DNA of 64,000 nt from Perkinsus chesapeaki ATCC PRA-425 (Eukaryota; Protista; Perkinsozoa), in contig JAAPAO010000015.1 of NCBI GenBank assembly GCA_013115145.1, positions 62,001 to 126,000 of the forward strand, given 5' to 3'. The notes beneath the pieces are model-generated. The model did not search any database, had not been told where the DNA came from, and saw only the letters and a list, made by a program, of their open reading frames with translations. A program made the translations under genes and the position numbers. Shown here in pieces: positions 14,554-27,308 of this stretch; the first letter of the stretch is position 1, and every line of letters starts with the position of its first letter.

Positions 14554-15008
14554 ACCTTCATCAGTAGTCGGCCTCCGGGCTGTTTTCAAAGGACGTTTAC
14601 TCCTAGTAGTGTTAATAGAATTATCGAGGGTCAACAATCTGTGGGTTCCCAATAATGGGGTTGTGTGGTTCGCGGCGCTAACCACAACCGTTTCGAAACT
14701 CGAAACGGTACAGAACAGGCTCAGGAGCGGAGCTTTGTTGCACGACCAATCACAGAACGAATCCGACTCGGATTATCCGAGTCCCATTTGCAGGTAAAGG
14801 TGACAAAGGAAAGGCTCGATCTCAAACGGTATGATCACATTAAATATTCTCCCATTTGGTATCGCTATTCGGATAGCTTATCCCTTGTATCTTTTCGTGT
14901 TCCTCATAACGAGGAATTGATGAGAAAAATTACTAACTATTTCGAATACCGAGCTACCCATTTTTGAATGCAAGCTTATCCTCTCAGATGCCGCGAATCC
15001 TATGTTAT

Positions 15009-15209
15009 TTACCTCCAGCCTCTCATGTAGCCACTTCCTCCTCCTCCCCACTGCTGCTGCGACCATGTCGAGGGATCCCCTTGAGAAGGGTATCCACCTT
15101 GGTGCGGTGGTTGCTGTTGCCACTGCTGCTGGTGCGGAGGATAGTACCCTTGAGGAGGGCCACCAGCGGCCATTGGCATTGGTGGAAGTGGAGGCGGCCC
15201 GTTCCACAT
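15009..15209 (-). CDS. Probable first exon of a P/Q/G-rich protein; downstream structure unresolved
   Basis: GCCACCATG context, MWNGPPPLPPMP...QQQWQQQPPHQGGY, ending at an AG|GTAAAT donor-like site. I could not build the downstream exons (13700-15000) confidently on either strand. Confidence 0.3.
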   Translation of the reverse strand: MWNGPPPLPPMPMAAGGPPQGYYPPHQQQWQQQPPHQGGYPSQGDPSTWSQQQWGGGGSGYMRGWR

Positions 15210-15315
15210 GGTGGCTGCTACAAAACCTTGGAAACATACGTACCGCGGCTTCGCAACTCGACACAATTTGAGCGACAGAAACCATAAGATAAAATCAGAA
15301 ACATGCAGCACGAAA

Positions 15316-17823
15316 TTACAGCTCTCCCGGACGATATCCTTCATCCCCTTCCCCATCCGAGGCCTCAGCCTCACTGTCAGCACCATCCTCACCACCAAAG
15401 TCATAGTTAGGGGCATCGTTGAGATCCACGAAGTAGCTATTGGGCGTGCCTTCGAAGTAGCGTTAAGGAAGTTCAGTGGGAATCAAATTACTCTTAGCAC
15501 TCCACATTGCCTCCCCAAGACTTTGAACGTCCTTCTTGCTTTGTAAGAAGACCTCCGAGTTTCGCACCGATAAGTCTATTACAGCTGCTTCCGAGTGCTC
15601 CAACATACCCCTGTTAGAGGAAAACACGTCCCAACTCCGAATAGCGATACCACCGTGGTCAGGATTTTAAGAGAACTATACCGGACTATATTCCACCGAC
15701 TATTGACCATGGTATGGAGCTCGTATCTACATGCTCGGACATGTCTCTATGTACACTACCTCGTTTCCTCCAGATCTGCGGGGTCGTTGAAATCGGTCTC
15801 AATAGGCTCATCATCATAATATACTTCCTGTTGTTCAAACCTACCAATGTCCTATTAAGGACCACGCATACTACCAAGCCCTACTTCTGCCATTTAGCTC
15901 GTTGGCCTCTCATCTCGCTATATGGGTGCTCTAGTATGCTAAAGTCCTTCACACGGAAGCCGGCCAATGGATCAAATCGAGGAACCTGACACCGTCGGAC
16001 GTTACATTCACGCACCTGCCGCTGCTTCACCTTCAGGGCACCGTACAGCTTAGTTGACCACTTCCATTTCTTAAACTCCATAAAGTAATCTCGCTGTCGA
16101 AGTTCCGAGTCCCTATAGAAATAGGCCTCCGTCTCGATATTCAAGGTGTGAGCTCACTTGAGCCTTTGCTTCTTGGCAGCCCACTCGGACACCCATCCTG
16201 GGACCTTCTGCGGCACCGGTGCTGGTCGGCCATCAGGTGTAGCATTCTTAGGCAACCAACCTCTCTAAACCCGATAACCTAGAAAAGCACCAAGCAGCAT
16301 TTCTACCTTCTTAGGATAGTTATTTATCTCGGCAATGAGCTTGTGAAGTGCCTGTTCGGTAATGACAATCTGTCGATACTTCAGCAAGTTGTATCTAAGT
16401 CCATCTTCACCCCATCACCGCTCGCCACCAATACTCACGTTGAGACCCCCTCGACATCCTCTCGCCGCACTTGTGCTATGTGCGCTGTGCCCCACCGGAA
16501 GTTGTCGTTTACATCACTGTTACCCACATGAACCTAACACACCTCTATAACCAAGGCCAGCAGCGGAGACGAAGGCCCACCAGCAACGCCGAATTGCAGT
16601 GCCGGCCTAGGATCCGACGAAGATGGGCGGCAACGTGACGCGTCTTATGTGTGCCGACGTTGAAGGAATCCACCACAGTTATCTCGCCTTGTGCAAACTT
16701 GGCGCTCAGCATCATCCTGACAACCCACACACTAGCAACTATCATGACACTCTTCAACTTCAGGCTTTCCCACGAAGTTTAATGCGTCACAGAACCATCT
16801 TCGCTGATAGGATAATGACCATGAACATGCCATCTTATTGCAAGAGCCCTCCACCCAGTACTACTTTAAAGATTTCCATACTCGTCGCTTAAGCTCTCCT
16901 TGCCTCCACTCCCGCGGGCGTTGGGGGATTGAGAACACTCCATCGTATTTTCCAGGGGCCTTTCGTCGGCCCATACGAGACTTACCGATATTCTTATGTG
17001 ACCTTGCTTTCCTGAGCGAAATACCCTGCACACATCACCGGGCGCGGCGACGTACTTGTTTGAGCCCGGCCACTCCCATTTGAATAGCTGCATATCCTGC
17101 TGATAGCCAGCCATGCATCCTCTATGCCACCAGTATGTGAAGTACAGAATGTCCTTTCGGATTGGCTCGGCAAAAATCGAACTTGGAACTATCAATGGTT
17201 GAAGAGACTTCTGTGGATATTCTATATAATAACGACTGCGAATTTGCCGACAAAAGTACCGCTCTGCACCGATCAAAGTTCTGCTAGTCAGTGCATGAAT
17301 CGGTGACTAATACGCCGCAGGCACCGTTCTTGCACGCCCATAAGACTACCAATAATGGACCCAATCTCCTCTGGTGGTTCATCACTAGCAGCTGGCTCGC
17401 CGCTAACTGGACATGTCACCTCGAATTTATACCTGGGATAGTGTAAGAGGCTCCCTAATAGAAGCAATATACACTGGCATCTCCAAAATGGCATTAAAAC
17501 CAACAGCCGGGAAGCTCCACCAGTTCCTAAGTACTGTCCTTAGATCAGCCAGCTCCCCTAAGACAATGCTGAGGCCCTGTGGTAGGTGACCAAAGTACCT
17601 GGTCGTCTGACCACTGGAGGGTCGTGGATGGAAGCACCGGGCTCTGGCTCGGGAGGAGCCATTGGCATGCCCGACGCTGTGACAGTAAAACCTGCATTGG
17701 TACCTGCCAACAAGAGCCTAGAGAAAGGCACGGTATGACGCTATAGCTACAGAAACGGTTAGTACCGATACGTAGTACGTGGGAAGGTATCCGCCGAGGA
17801 CCAGCTCCCAGTGTTGATATCAT
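15316..17823 (-). CDS. Mitochondrial ribosomal protein uL4m (apicomplexan-type, extended), multi-exon
   Basis: IFAEPIRKDILYFTYWWHR, RREDVEGVSTYNLLKYRQIVITEQALHKLI and RNWWSFPAVGFN match L4 family segments. The acidic C-terminal tail ends GYRPGEL*. Confidence 0.7.
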
Positions 17824-17979
17824 AGGGACCAAATCTATGGAAGGGAGGATCTTCTACCGGAGCGCACCTTCCTGGCTTGCTGCAATTTTTCAAATTTTAT
17901 CGAACGCGAAGATCTCGCGCGCGCCCTGGCGTGTATCTCTGCCCCTATTTTGGTATGTCGTTTACCAGTTGGGTGGGTA

Positions 17980-19003
17980 ATGTCTCGACATCCACCAAAA
18001 TCTACCAATACAGATGGATCAGAGAAGGCGCTTATTGCAACTAAACCACTAGGAAGCGTACTGCGGAAAGACGAATCTGTCGTGGATACGCGTTCCATCA
18101 GGCCGAGGCCATCAAAAAGCCGGCCTCCTCTGGTCCTCACCACAAGCGTGGCGTCGGCATTGACGTCTATATCTCCTTAATATGTACTGTCCTAATGCTG
18201 GGCATAACCGCCTGGTACTACTGGCAGATGGTCTCCATGACCGACCAGATGCAAAAGAGCTCAGTTTTCGGTACCGATTACTACGAGGGATTCTGTGCTG
18301 TTAATGTTGGTCGATTCAGCAAGCATCCATTCCGAATACGCCAGCTCTGACATATTGGATGCGATTGAGACCATTGAGGATTTCGTGGAGGAGCATTCCC
18401 TTGATGAGGAGCCCTACTACGTCACGTTCTTGCGTTTGAAGTACCCCTCCCAAGCCGAATGCCAGTTGACCCTGCCGCAGATATTCCCATGATCCTCGGG
18501 GACGCCAGCTGGACCATGCTCGACGGAAGATGGTCAGCTGGTTCATGAAGGTTCGCTATTTTTACGACCTTGGATATTTACCGGTAACAGATTTGAGCTA
18601 TGTAGAAAAGATTCCCGGGAAGTAGGAAAATGTCCCATTTGCCTTTTTGATTCCCCCTTTCAGAGACCGAGCGCGTTTCCTATCAGAGCTCGTTGAGCCT
18701 TTAGATGACGCGGTAAGGCTGTCAACAGGGAGGACCCCTAGATCAGTATTTGATTTCTTCCGGGAAATGTACGGCCTCTGGGTCCCCTATGGGCGGCCCA
18801 TGCTGCCTGTTAGGTATTCTATTTCGCCACCTCATGGTGTATCGCACTTAACACTAGAGGACCTGCCCCCCGATCTGCGTAACATGAGCCTCACAGCCAT
18901 TCGGAATGGCGCGGCTTCTCGACAGCGGCAAGAGCCGAAGATGAAGGCGACAGATCCCCCTGCGGTTGAGAGTCATGGCGGAGCATACGAAGACGAGCTT
19001 TGA
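17980..19003 (+). CDS. Hypothetical protein, multi-exon
   Basis: Protein-like exons (SSDILDAIETIEDFVEEHSLDEEPYYVTF; PFRDRARFLSELVEPLDD...YEDEL*). No family recognised. Confidence 0.45.
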
Positions 19004-19169
19004 TATTGGCATTAGTCTGTAGTAGTTTGGTGTTGAAAAGGCTTCCCTCAGCGGGCTCCTGTACTTGAGTTTGCTGGCCTTCGCATGGTTGTGCGTTTAA
19101 CGGGGACTGGCCGATGAGTGGGTAGAGCGGTGGACTGTATTGCGTTCGTCCCAGGTTCGATTCGACTGT

Positions 19170-20004
19170 ATGTCAAATGACGTCCCCGATCTTCCACCGG
19201 TGTTCAGTGCTCTAGAGATGATCGAGGACCTCCGTTGTGCCGTGGATAGGCACCATGTAGCGGCGCTGGTGCGAGAGCTCTCTAGAGCGTTGAGGAAGAG
19301 CAGCAGCCAGGAAGTTGACAGCATACTAGTTATTGAGGTAATACTATACAGGGTCGAGAGGAACTGTGGGCCTCAGGCTATCTGGCAATCTGCTATTTGC
19401 AAGTATCCACATGTCATAGATATAGTACTACCGGTCTGCGAGATATTCCGTCACTTGGCGCTGTTGCCTAATGTGAGGATATTCCTTATAGAGACTGCTG
19501 AGGATGTAAGAGCAGATGACATTGTCTTTTCAAACGCATGGTCTTCCCGAAGACCAGAAAACTATATCCAAGATAAGATCCATTTATTTCGAAATGCGGC
19601 TTCTTGAGGACCAGCAGCCTTCTTCACGAGAGGATTCCTTCCTTTTGAAATCATCTTTTAAGAAAGATACCTCTCTATTGATAAGGTTGATTTCTCTTCA
19701 CGTTCTTGAACGTTTCCGTATTCGTAGTGGCCTATTCCATTCCTCTATGCCATTGGCCCTGCATTGCCTCCGTCAGGCTCCCTATATATCAGTTCTCACT
19801 CGATTCGCTGGTGGCATCTTAGCCATGCCGCAGCAGCAGTCTGGTGACAGTCGTCTGCTTACTGAGGTTATGGCATTCCTGGCCAACTTATGCAGCTCTT
19901 CGGCTCAATGCGATCTAGGCGTCTGGACAGCACTAGATTTCCATGCTAGAGATCTGGCCACTAGGGCCCTCAAGGTAGGTGGGATCCACTTCGCTCCACC
20001 TTGA
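19170..20004 (+). CDS. Hypothetical helical (ARM-like) protein
   Basis: Two overlapping long ORFs (155 and 162 aa) in different frames imply one intron. The sequence is Leu-rich and helical. It may belong to the upstream gene. Confidence 0.4.
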
Positions 20005-20184
20005 TCTGGGCTTACAGGCTTTCCCTGACGACCCTGTAATGTCAGAGCAGTGCCATAGAGTTTTGAAGCTCACCGGTATGGCCATGAGATCCCATGGGCC
20101 CACTCGTTCTGTACTTGACTAGCTGCACCATTAGCGTTGCGTTGTAGTACCCAACAAGTAGGCCTTAGTTACTTTTTCAATCAA

Positions 20185-23100
20185 ATGCTACTGGTTCTGT
20201 CGAACGCTCAGCGGGCGAGACCTCTGGTCCGGCTTGCTTCGCGGTTGCCGGCAGTGAGTGCGGTGCAACGATGTTTCTCGACCAGAGGGAGCTTGCCACT
20301 CGAACGGGTTAGGAATATAGGCATATCTGCCCATGTGGACTCTGGCAAGACCACTCTTACTGAGAGAGTCCTGTTCTATACTGGTAATATACAGTAGGGC
20401 TGTACTGTGGCTGCTGTGAAGGAAGCTGCTGGGTGGGTGCAGGTCGAATAGATGATATACATGAGATTCAGGGTAGCGATGGAGTGGGGTGTAAAATGGA
20501 CCACATGGAGCTTGAACGAGAGAAGGGTACCTTGGCATGTCCTGTGTGGAAAGAAGAGCGGTATGGTAGGTATTACCATCACAAGTGCTGCGACGTATTG
20601 TCAATGGACGACTAAGGACAAAGACGATTACCATATTAATATTATTGATACACCGGGGCATGTTGACTTCACCTTTGAGGTTGAGAGGTAAGCAGCGTGC
20701 TGCTGTGCAGATCTGATGACGAAGTACTACACAGGTCTTTGAGAGTCCTAGATGGAGCTGTTATGGTTGTGTGTGCTATAGGATGTGTACAGAGCCAGAC
20801 TGTTACCGTTGACCGTCAGATGCAGAGGTAGTGCAAAGCTAGAGTACTTGGTACTTTAGGAACTTCAACAGGTACGAGGTGCCTAGAATCATTTTTATCA
20901 ACAAGTTGGATCGATACGGCTCGGAGCCCTACACGGCGTTAAAACAAGTAGGGTCATGGTATAGTCTCTCTTGAACCTTTGAAGTTCATCCAAGGTTATT
21001 CTCCTTTATGTATTATTCTGCGTTACACTTTTTGTATCTTATCGAACCTGATCGTCACTCTTTCAGTTAAAATCAAAGCTAGGCCTTTGCGCAGCACTCA
21101 CTCAAATACCACTGGGAGCAGAGGATAAGTTCGCTGGTAAGCCGCCGTAATAGCGTTGGGGTACTGCCACTCGAGGTTCAGGTGTGGTCGACGTTATCAG
21201 ACGGGAAGCCCATCATTTCGAGGGCTACAAGGGGCTTTCGTGGAACCTTCAAGAGGTATCTGCCAATTGCTGTATGAGGGTGTGACGGGTGCTGTCCAGG
21301 TTCCAGAGAGATTAGTGGAGCAAGTCGAGGAGACCAGGAGGACTCTAGTGGAGCTTTTAGCTGGTGAGCGTCGGGTTGGTGGCTGTAGTGCAGCGCACTG
21401 GGTAGATTTGGATGACGAGCTGGCGGAGTCTTTTCTGATGGATGAGAATGTGCCAGCAGATGAGGTCGAGAAAGCCATCCGACGGCAGACGATAGCGCGG
21501 AAGTAGGCCGAGGCTCATCTGTGGGGATAAGAGTTTGCTCTGGAAGGTTCTGTCCGGTACTAATGGGGTCGGCATATAAGAATAAAGGAGTGCAGCCCTT
21601 ATTGGATGCTGTATGCAAGTATTTGCCGAATCCAGGCGATAGGTAGTACCGATGTAGGAGGCGGCTGCGGGGAGGGCCTTGTGTAGGGCATATAGTGGGT
21701 ATGACCAATCGAGGAACGGCGAGAGGGTAGAGATAGTTCCTGATGAGAAGAAGCCTTTCTTGGGTATGTTATTATCTATTACCTCTGTAATGGTCGCCTC
21801 AGGCATGGCCTTCAAGAGTCAGGACCTACCGCCCAACGGCACGCTGACCTATATGAGGGTGTACCAGGGGGCACTGAAGAAGGGTCAAAGTATATTAGAC
21901 ACGAAAACTAATAAGAAACAAAGTGTTAAGAAGCTGGTGGGCATTCGAAGTGTCTCCATCTTGATGTTGTCTTGTGCAGCTTCGTCTCCACTCAAGTGAG
22001 ACGAGAGAGGTTCCGGCGGCGGGGCCGGGGGATATTGTGGCGTGTACTGGACTGGATGTGTTCTCTGGAGTCACATGCACTGACGGTAGGGTATGGTAGT
22101 GGCATGCTGGTGAGGGTTGGTAAGGTAAAATAAACTGGACGATGTCGCCTCTGCACATCCCTGCTCCGGTGGTCTCGTTATCGATAACACCAGCTAGTCG
22201 AGAGGACTCCACTAAGATGGCTAAAGCACTGGCCAGGTTTAAAAGGGAGGATCCTACTTTTATAGTGTCCACTGACCCGGGCACTAAGGAGACAATTGTA
22301 TCCGGTGAGACCATAAGGGATTGGTTGTAGTCCAGACGGCTGTTATGTTCAGGTATGGGAGAGTTACACTTGTTTATTTATGCTGAACGTATTCGGAGGG
22401 AGTACGGTGCAAATGTGAGCACAGGAGAGCCGAGGGTTAACTTCCGAGAGACTATTAATGAGAGGGTACTGTAGCCGATGGGTAGCTGCTGGTGGGCATG
22501 TAGCATCATCGATTGTAGATCCCATTCGATTACACACATAAACGGCAGAGTGGCGGTCGGGGCCAGTACGGTAAGGTCACTGGCTATTTCGAGCCGTTGA
22601 GCTATGATGAAGTACAAGAGATATTGACTAAATATCAAGGGGAGATCACTCCTATGAACGCCTCTAAGTACCTTACTATCTTCCAGAATAACATCAGGGT
22701 AATAATACCGCCGCCGGGGATCGAACCTGGCACGGTGGAGGTCTAGCTGAGTGACGTGTTCTAGCTTGTGTGTCTGTGTTGTAGGGTAATGAGATCCCGA
22801 AGAACTTCATTGCGTATATTGAGAAAGGCTTTCGGGAGTGCCTAGAGGAGGGGCCCCTCACTGGCTCGGCGGTCTGCAATTTGAGGATAGTCCTCGAGGG
22901 TGGCAAACATCATGAAGTTGATTCTTCCGAGGTCGCCTTCAAAGCTGCTGCCCAGGGAGCCTTTGAGCAAGCTTTCTATGGAGGTTCACCTACTATCCTT
23001 CAACCTGTTATGTACGATAGTCACCTCTGTTATTTGGTTATGATTTGGTATTAGGAATGTAGAAGTAACAGTGCCTACTGATAAGACAGGATCTCTGATG

Positions 23101-23398
23101 TCGGGCATTACAGTTAGAAAAGGCCTGGTCACGGGATCGGAGGCTCTGACGGACCTCGACACTTTGGTGAGAGCCAAGGTTCCTCTGAGGAATATGTTTG
23201 GCTTCACCACAGAGTTGAGGTCCATCACACAGGTGAGCCAAGCCAGCTGCTGTCTCCTCGACACAAAGTATAATACAGGGCCACGGTGAGTGGGCAATGG
23301 ACTTCCACGCCTATGAGGAGATGCCTGCTGACGACCAAGAAACTGTTAAGAAGCAATACCTCCAGCGTCGGGTCAGGGAAAAGAAGCTTGAGGAGTGA
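20185..23398 (+). CDS. GFM1: Mitochondrial elongation factor G, multi-exon
   Basis: Transit-like N-terminus followed by [28 protein letters not shown]-like [33 protein letters not shown] and [18 protein letters not shown]|GHGEW. Stop at 23398. Confidence 0.95.
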
Positions 23399-23635
23399 TG
23401 CATCGACGAAGTCTTTTTGACATCATTTGTGTTTCTGTTATTTACTGTGTGTGCATGAGGTTTCTGACTACTTAGGAATGCGTCGAGTGAAAACTCTACC
23501 GTGGAGTCGTCCTGGTTGATATCTTTGCTCTTAGTTGTTACTGTTATCACGTTTTACGGCAGTAGCAGCCGTCACAGTACCTCCTTCACTGTTATCGCCT
23601 GTGTCCTGCTGTTTTTACTTGTATCAACATTATTA

Positions 23636-25360
23636 ATGCCAAGTTGTAGCAATAAGCGTGCTGTTATCCCTCGTAATAGATCAATAGAGTCTGCTGGTGG
23701 CCCAGACTCTGCCCTTATCATTGCCGGTGATATTGGTGGCACTAATTGTAGACTACGATTACTTCTGGTCTCGAGATATGATAAAAAGAATACAAGTGGC
23801 GGTTCTGATTCGGAGAGTGATGAAGTAGGCAGATGTGGCTAGTCTTATACTTTTCGTTTTATACCGCATTTCCCCATCTCTTCTATACCGTGTTTGCCTA
23901 TCTCTTCTATACCGTGTTTGCCTATCTCTTCTATACCGTGTTCGCCTATCTCTTCTTTACCGTGTTTGCCTATCTTTTCTATACCGTATTTGCCTATCTT
24001 TTTTATACCGTGTTTGCCTATCTCTTCTTTACCGTGTTTGCCTATCTTTTCTATATCGTGTTTGCCTATCTTTTCTATACTGTATTCTTCCTGTCTTCAA
24101 TAATGTTTGTTATATTTTCAGCCGGCGACCAAGACTCAGCTCCTCTACACCGCCAAGTATCCTACAGTCTCCTGTCCCAGTTTCGAGGATGCTCTCACTC
24201 GCTTCATAAATGAAGCATCACCGCTTGATGAAACCGACTTGTCTCATGTTGTTTGTGTAGTGGGGCTACCTAGTGATGTTAAGAATAATAAAGTTGGTAA
24301 GTCTTTTGGATGTTATCATAACTGCCACATCACCTTCTATCAGCTCGTATTGCCAACATTCCTCATTGGATCGATACCGATGCCGACGATGTTGCGAGGA
24401 AACTTGGACTTGGTCAGATAGTCTTATTAAACGACTTTGAGAGTGCTTGTTGGGGTACGTGAGAAATGCATCGTCCCCTCTTGAAAGTTACCGGCCATCA
24501 TCAGGTATACCAATGCTAGAGGAATCAGACCTAGTCTGTGTTAATCCTGGTATACCAATTAACAAAGCACGAACGTCTGCCCCCGCCATCACCAGCGTTC
24601 TTATTGGACCTGGTACTGGTCTTGGTGAAGGGTATTAGTCGACAAACTATCATCATGTGCGAATAGGCCTTGTCAGATATCTGGTAACGGCGCGCGCCAC
24701 GAATCATGTATCCGCTCATGCATCCGAAGGCGGATGGGTTTCCTTCGCCCCTCAAGATGAGTAAACAGTTTCAACTCATCAACCGATGATGACGTTGTTA
24801 TCTTTTTAGGGAAGAATTCGAGTTGATGCAATTTGTTAAGAAAGACCTCGGAGTTGAGAGAGTTGTTGTTGAGCACCTTACTGCAGGGTAGGTCTCGATG
24901 TCTGTTGGAGAACACATCTGTGGCGAGCTAACGTGCATGTTTCTTCAGACCAGCCTTGCCTGTCCTTGCTCGATTTTACGGTCAAGCTGATGGAGTCGAT
25001 GCCACTGATCTACCGAAGACAGCTCCTGAAGTTGCTGGAAATTACGGCATTTCTCCAGTGTGTACTCGAGCGTGTGACAAAGCAATGGAGATCCTCGGCC
25101 GAGAGCTCGCCTTTTTGTGTCTTAAGTTCAAACCACAAGGAGGCATATTCCTTATTGGCAACGTTGTTGATTCTCTTAGAGATTCTATTCTTGCTGAAGG
25201 ATCAAGTTTCAGAAAGGGTCTATTCCATAGTTTACATCATCCAATTCTTGAAGGTATTGTCAAAGATACACCTATTAATATAGTAAGCGCTAGTGGTGTC
25301 AGTATGGGCATGGAAGGTGCTATTAATAAAGCTACTCGCCTTGCCTTGTCTAGACTGTAG
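23636..25360 (+). CDS. glk: Glucokinase (bacterial Glk-type family), multi-exon
   Basis: IIAGDIGGTNCRL, LLNDFE, IGPGTGLGEG, SEGG, GGIFLIG and GMEGA motifs. The last exon ends LALSRL*. Confidence 0.88.
23857..24084. repeat. 24-bp minisatellite (about 9.5 copies) inside the glucokinase intron 23825-24121
   Basis: Consensus TTCTATACCGTGTTTGCCTATCTC, with units starting every 24 nt from 23857 to 24073. Confidence 0.95.
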
Positions 25361-25753
25361 TTAACCAATTTTATATTGGAGCTGTATCGTCAGTTAAATG
25401 ACAATACTCCTCTACAGTGTTGTGTTGTATTTATATTGATGTATTATGATCACTAGACGACCATCATGGGTGACTCTTGGCTTTACTACCGAGGGATAAG
25501 CCGGTAGTCAGTTTCACCTTATTGCGTTAATTCTCTTTGTTATCGTCTTACTGCCATTGCCGTTACTGTAAACCTAGGCTATCATCGACATTGGCTTACC
25601 GTATGGCATGGTTACAGTGGTCAAGGTACCGCATAAACCCAGGCTATTTGCTACCTGTTCAATTTGCACCGAACATTGCTGAGTTTCTCGATTCTGTCCT
25701 TTTTGTGTTTTCCTACTTCACGATGGCCATTCAACTCACAGCATATCTGTTCT

Positions 25754-26632
25754 ATGGACTGTTCTAGTGAGCCCTCCGAACAATCCCCACCTGACGTTGT
25801 TGAGGGTGAAGTGGAGGCCAAAGATATGATAAAGTCGAAGAATGGTGAAGAGGAGACAACGGCAGCTCCAGTGGATGATCTTGGCAACAATGATCCTACT
25901 TTAGATGAAGAGATGCCAGTGGATGGTGAGAATAAGAAGGAGGACAAGAGAGGAGTGGTCTACTTCTCGAGGATTCCTCCCTACATGCAGGTGAGTTCCT
26001 TACCTTAGACTTTTTGCCATGACTTAGCTTATTCTCAGCCTTGTAAGCTTCGGCATCTTATGGAGCAACTCGGCCGAGTCGGTAGGGTCTACTTAACACC
26101 AGAAGACGAAACTCAACAGGCTCGTCGAAAGAAGTCGGGAGGCAACAAGAAAACGAAGTTCGTCGATGGGTGGGTTGAGTTCGAGAGCAAGTCCGTAGCG
26201 AAACGGGTGGCCGCGACGCTCAATAATACACCCGTTGGAGGGAAGAAGCGCCACAACGCATATAGGGACGATATGTGGCTATGTCGGTACTTGCCCAAGT
26301 TCAAGTGGCATCACTTGAAGGAACACGTCATATATAACCGAGAGGTCCGAGGTGCCCGATTGGAGCAGAAGCTCTCTCAACAACGTAAAATAAACAACTT
26401 CTACCAAGAGCAGCTATTAGAAGAGAAGCGAGTTGATAAGATGAATGAGAGGAGAGAGAAGAAGGCAGCCGAACACGGCGAGGCAGCGACTCAGCAGCCT
26501 ACCAAGAAGAAAGCAAGGACTGGTGTTCATCAACGGACTCCACACCCTGCAACTGGAAACGCTGTTGCTGTTACTAAACCGAGTCAAGCCAAGGTATCCT
26601 CTTCCGCGTTACTTGATAGCTTAGCTCTATAA
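25754..26632 (+). CDS. ESF2: Pre-rRNA processing protein ESF2/ABT1
   Basis: GVVYFSRIPPYMQ|PCKLRHLMEQLGRVGRVYLTPED, FVDGWVEFESK, GGKKR and DMWLCRYLPKFKWHHLKE. One intron at 25991-26038. Confidence 0.93.
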
Positions 26633-27217
26633 CTTCTAGATTCAAATGTTTGGTTTGATCAATTAACTAGGCGGCAAGGGTTAGAATTCCTTGCCATTTC
26701 CGCTGGATGCACTCGTAGTCCTAACTACGTAACAGAGGATGCGTGTTACTAATTCGGCTACCATTGAGGCTACTTCGGGTTACCTAAGGAGTTTGTTCAG
26801 TGTTGGCACCGTTCGTCAGAAAGATTTCAGGTAGTTTGCCGATGGCCTCACAACGGTTTCGTGTTTCGGCCGCTCGCCTGCACGCATGCGCATAAGCTTT
26901 TGGTTGTGCCAAGAATCTTTCGAGTGCGAAGGTTCGCTGATCCCTCCCGTCGTTTCATCATTCGTCAATTCGGCAATCTTCCCCTTCACTCTGCAAAGAT
27001 CCCTTTGAATGATAGTTGTCTCGTAGTTATCTGTTTCGTTGTATGTGCAGGTCGTTAAGTGCTCCTACGAATTCTACCTTGGTGTATGCTAGATTATAGG
27101 CCATTTTATTAGTATCCTATTCCTTCACCTATGTCGAGGTGATTTGTCTTGTTGGTTTCTTGCTCCTTAATTCCCTACCATGGGCCTGTATCGAGATGGT
27201 TCATGCGTGCAGATTGT

Positions 27218-27227
27218 ACGCATGCGT
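27218..27227. promoter_or_regulatory. ACGCATGCGT palindrome upstream of the fumarate reductase gene (CGCATGCG also at 26883-26890 and 6270-6277)
   Basis: Palindrome read directly. It resembles the YGCATGCR upstream motif known from apicomplexans, but its function here is inferred. Confidence 0.3.
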
Positions 27228-27308
27228 TCCTAGGTTCATTCGCTTCACCGCCGCGCAGTTGGTTTGATCTTATCGCTTTAGTTGTGGACACGTTTTTAAC
27301 TAGTCCCC

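Noticed and set aside
14381-24084. CRISPR interpretation of the 39-bp and 24-bp arrays
   Set aside because: The units are head-to-tail with no unique spacers, there are no cas genes, and the context is eukaryotic.
23833-24213. ORFs with FYTVFAYL / LLYRVCLS repeats
   Set aside because: Translations of the intronic 24-bp minisatellite. The flanking glucokinase exons join in phase without them.
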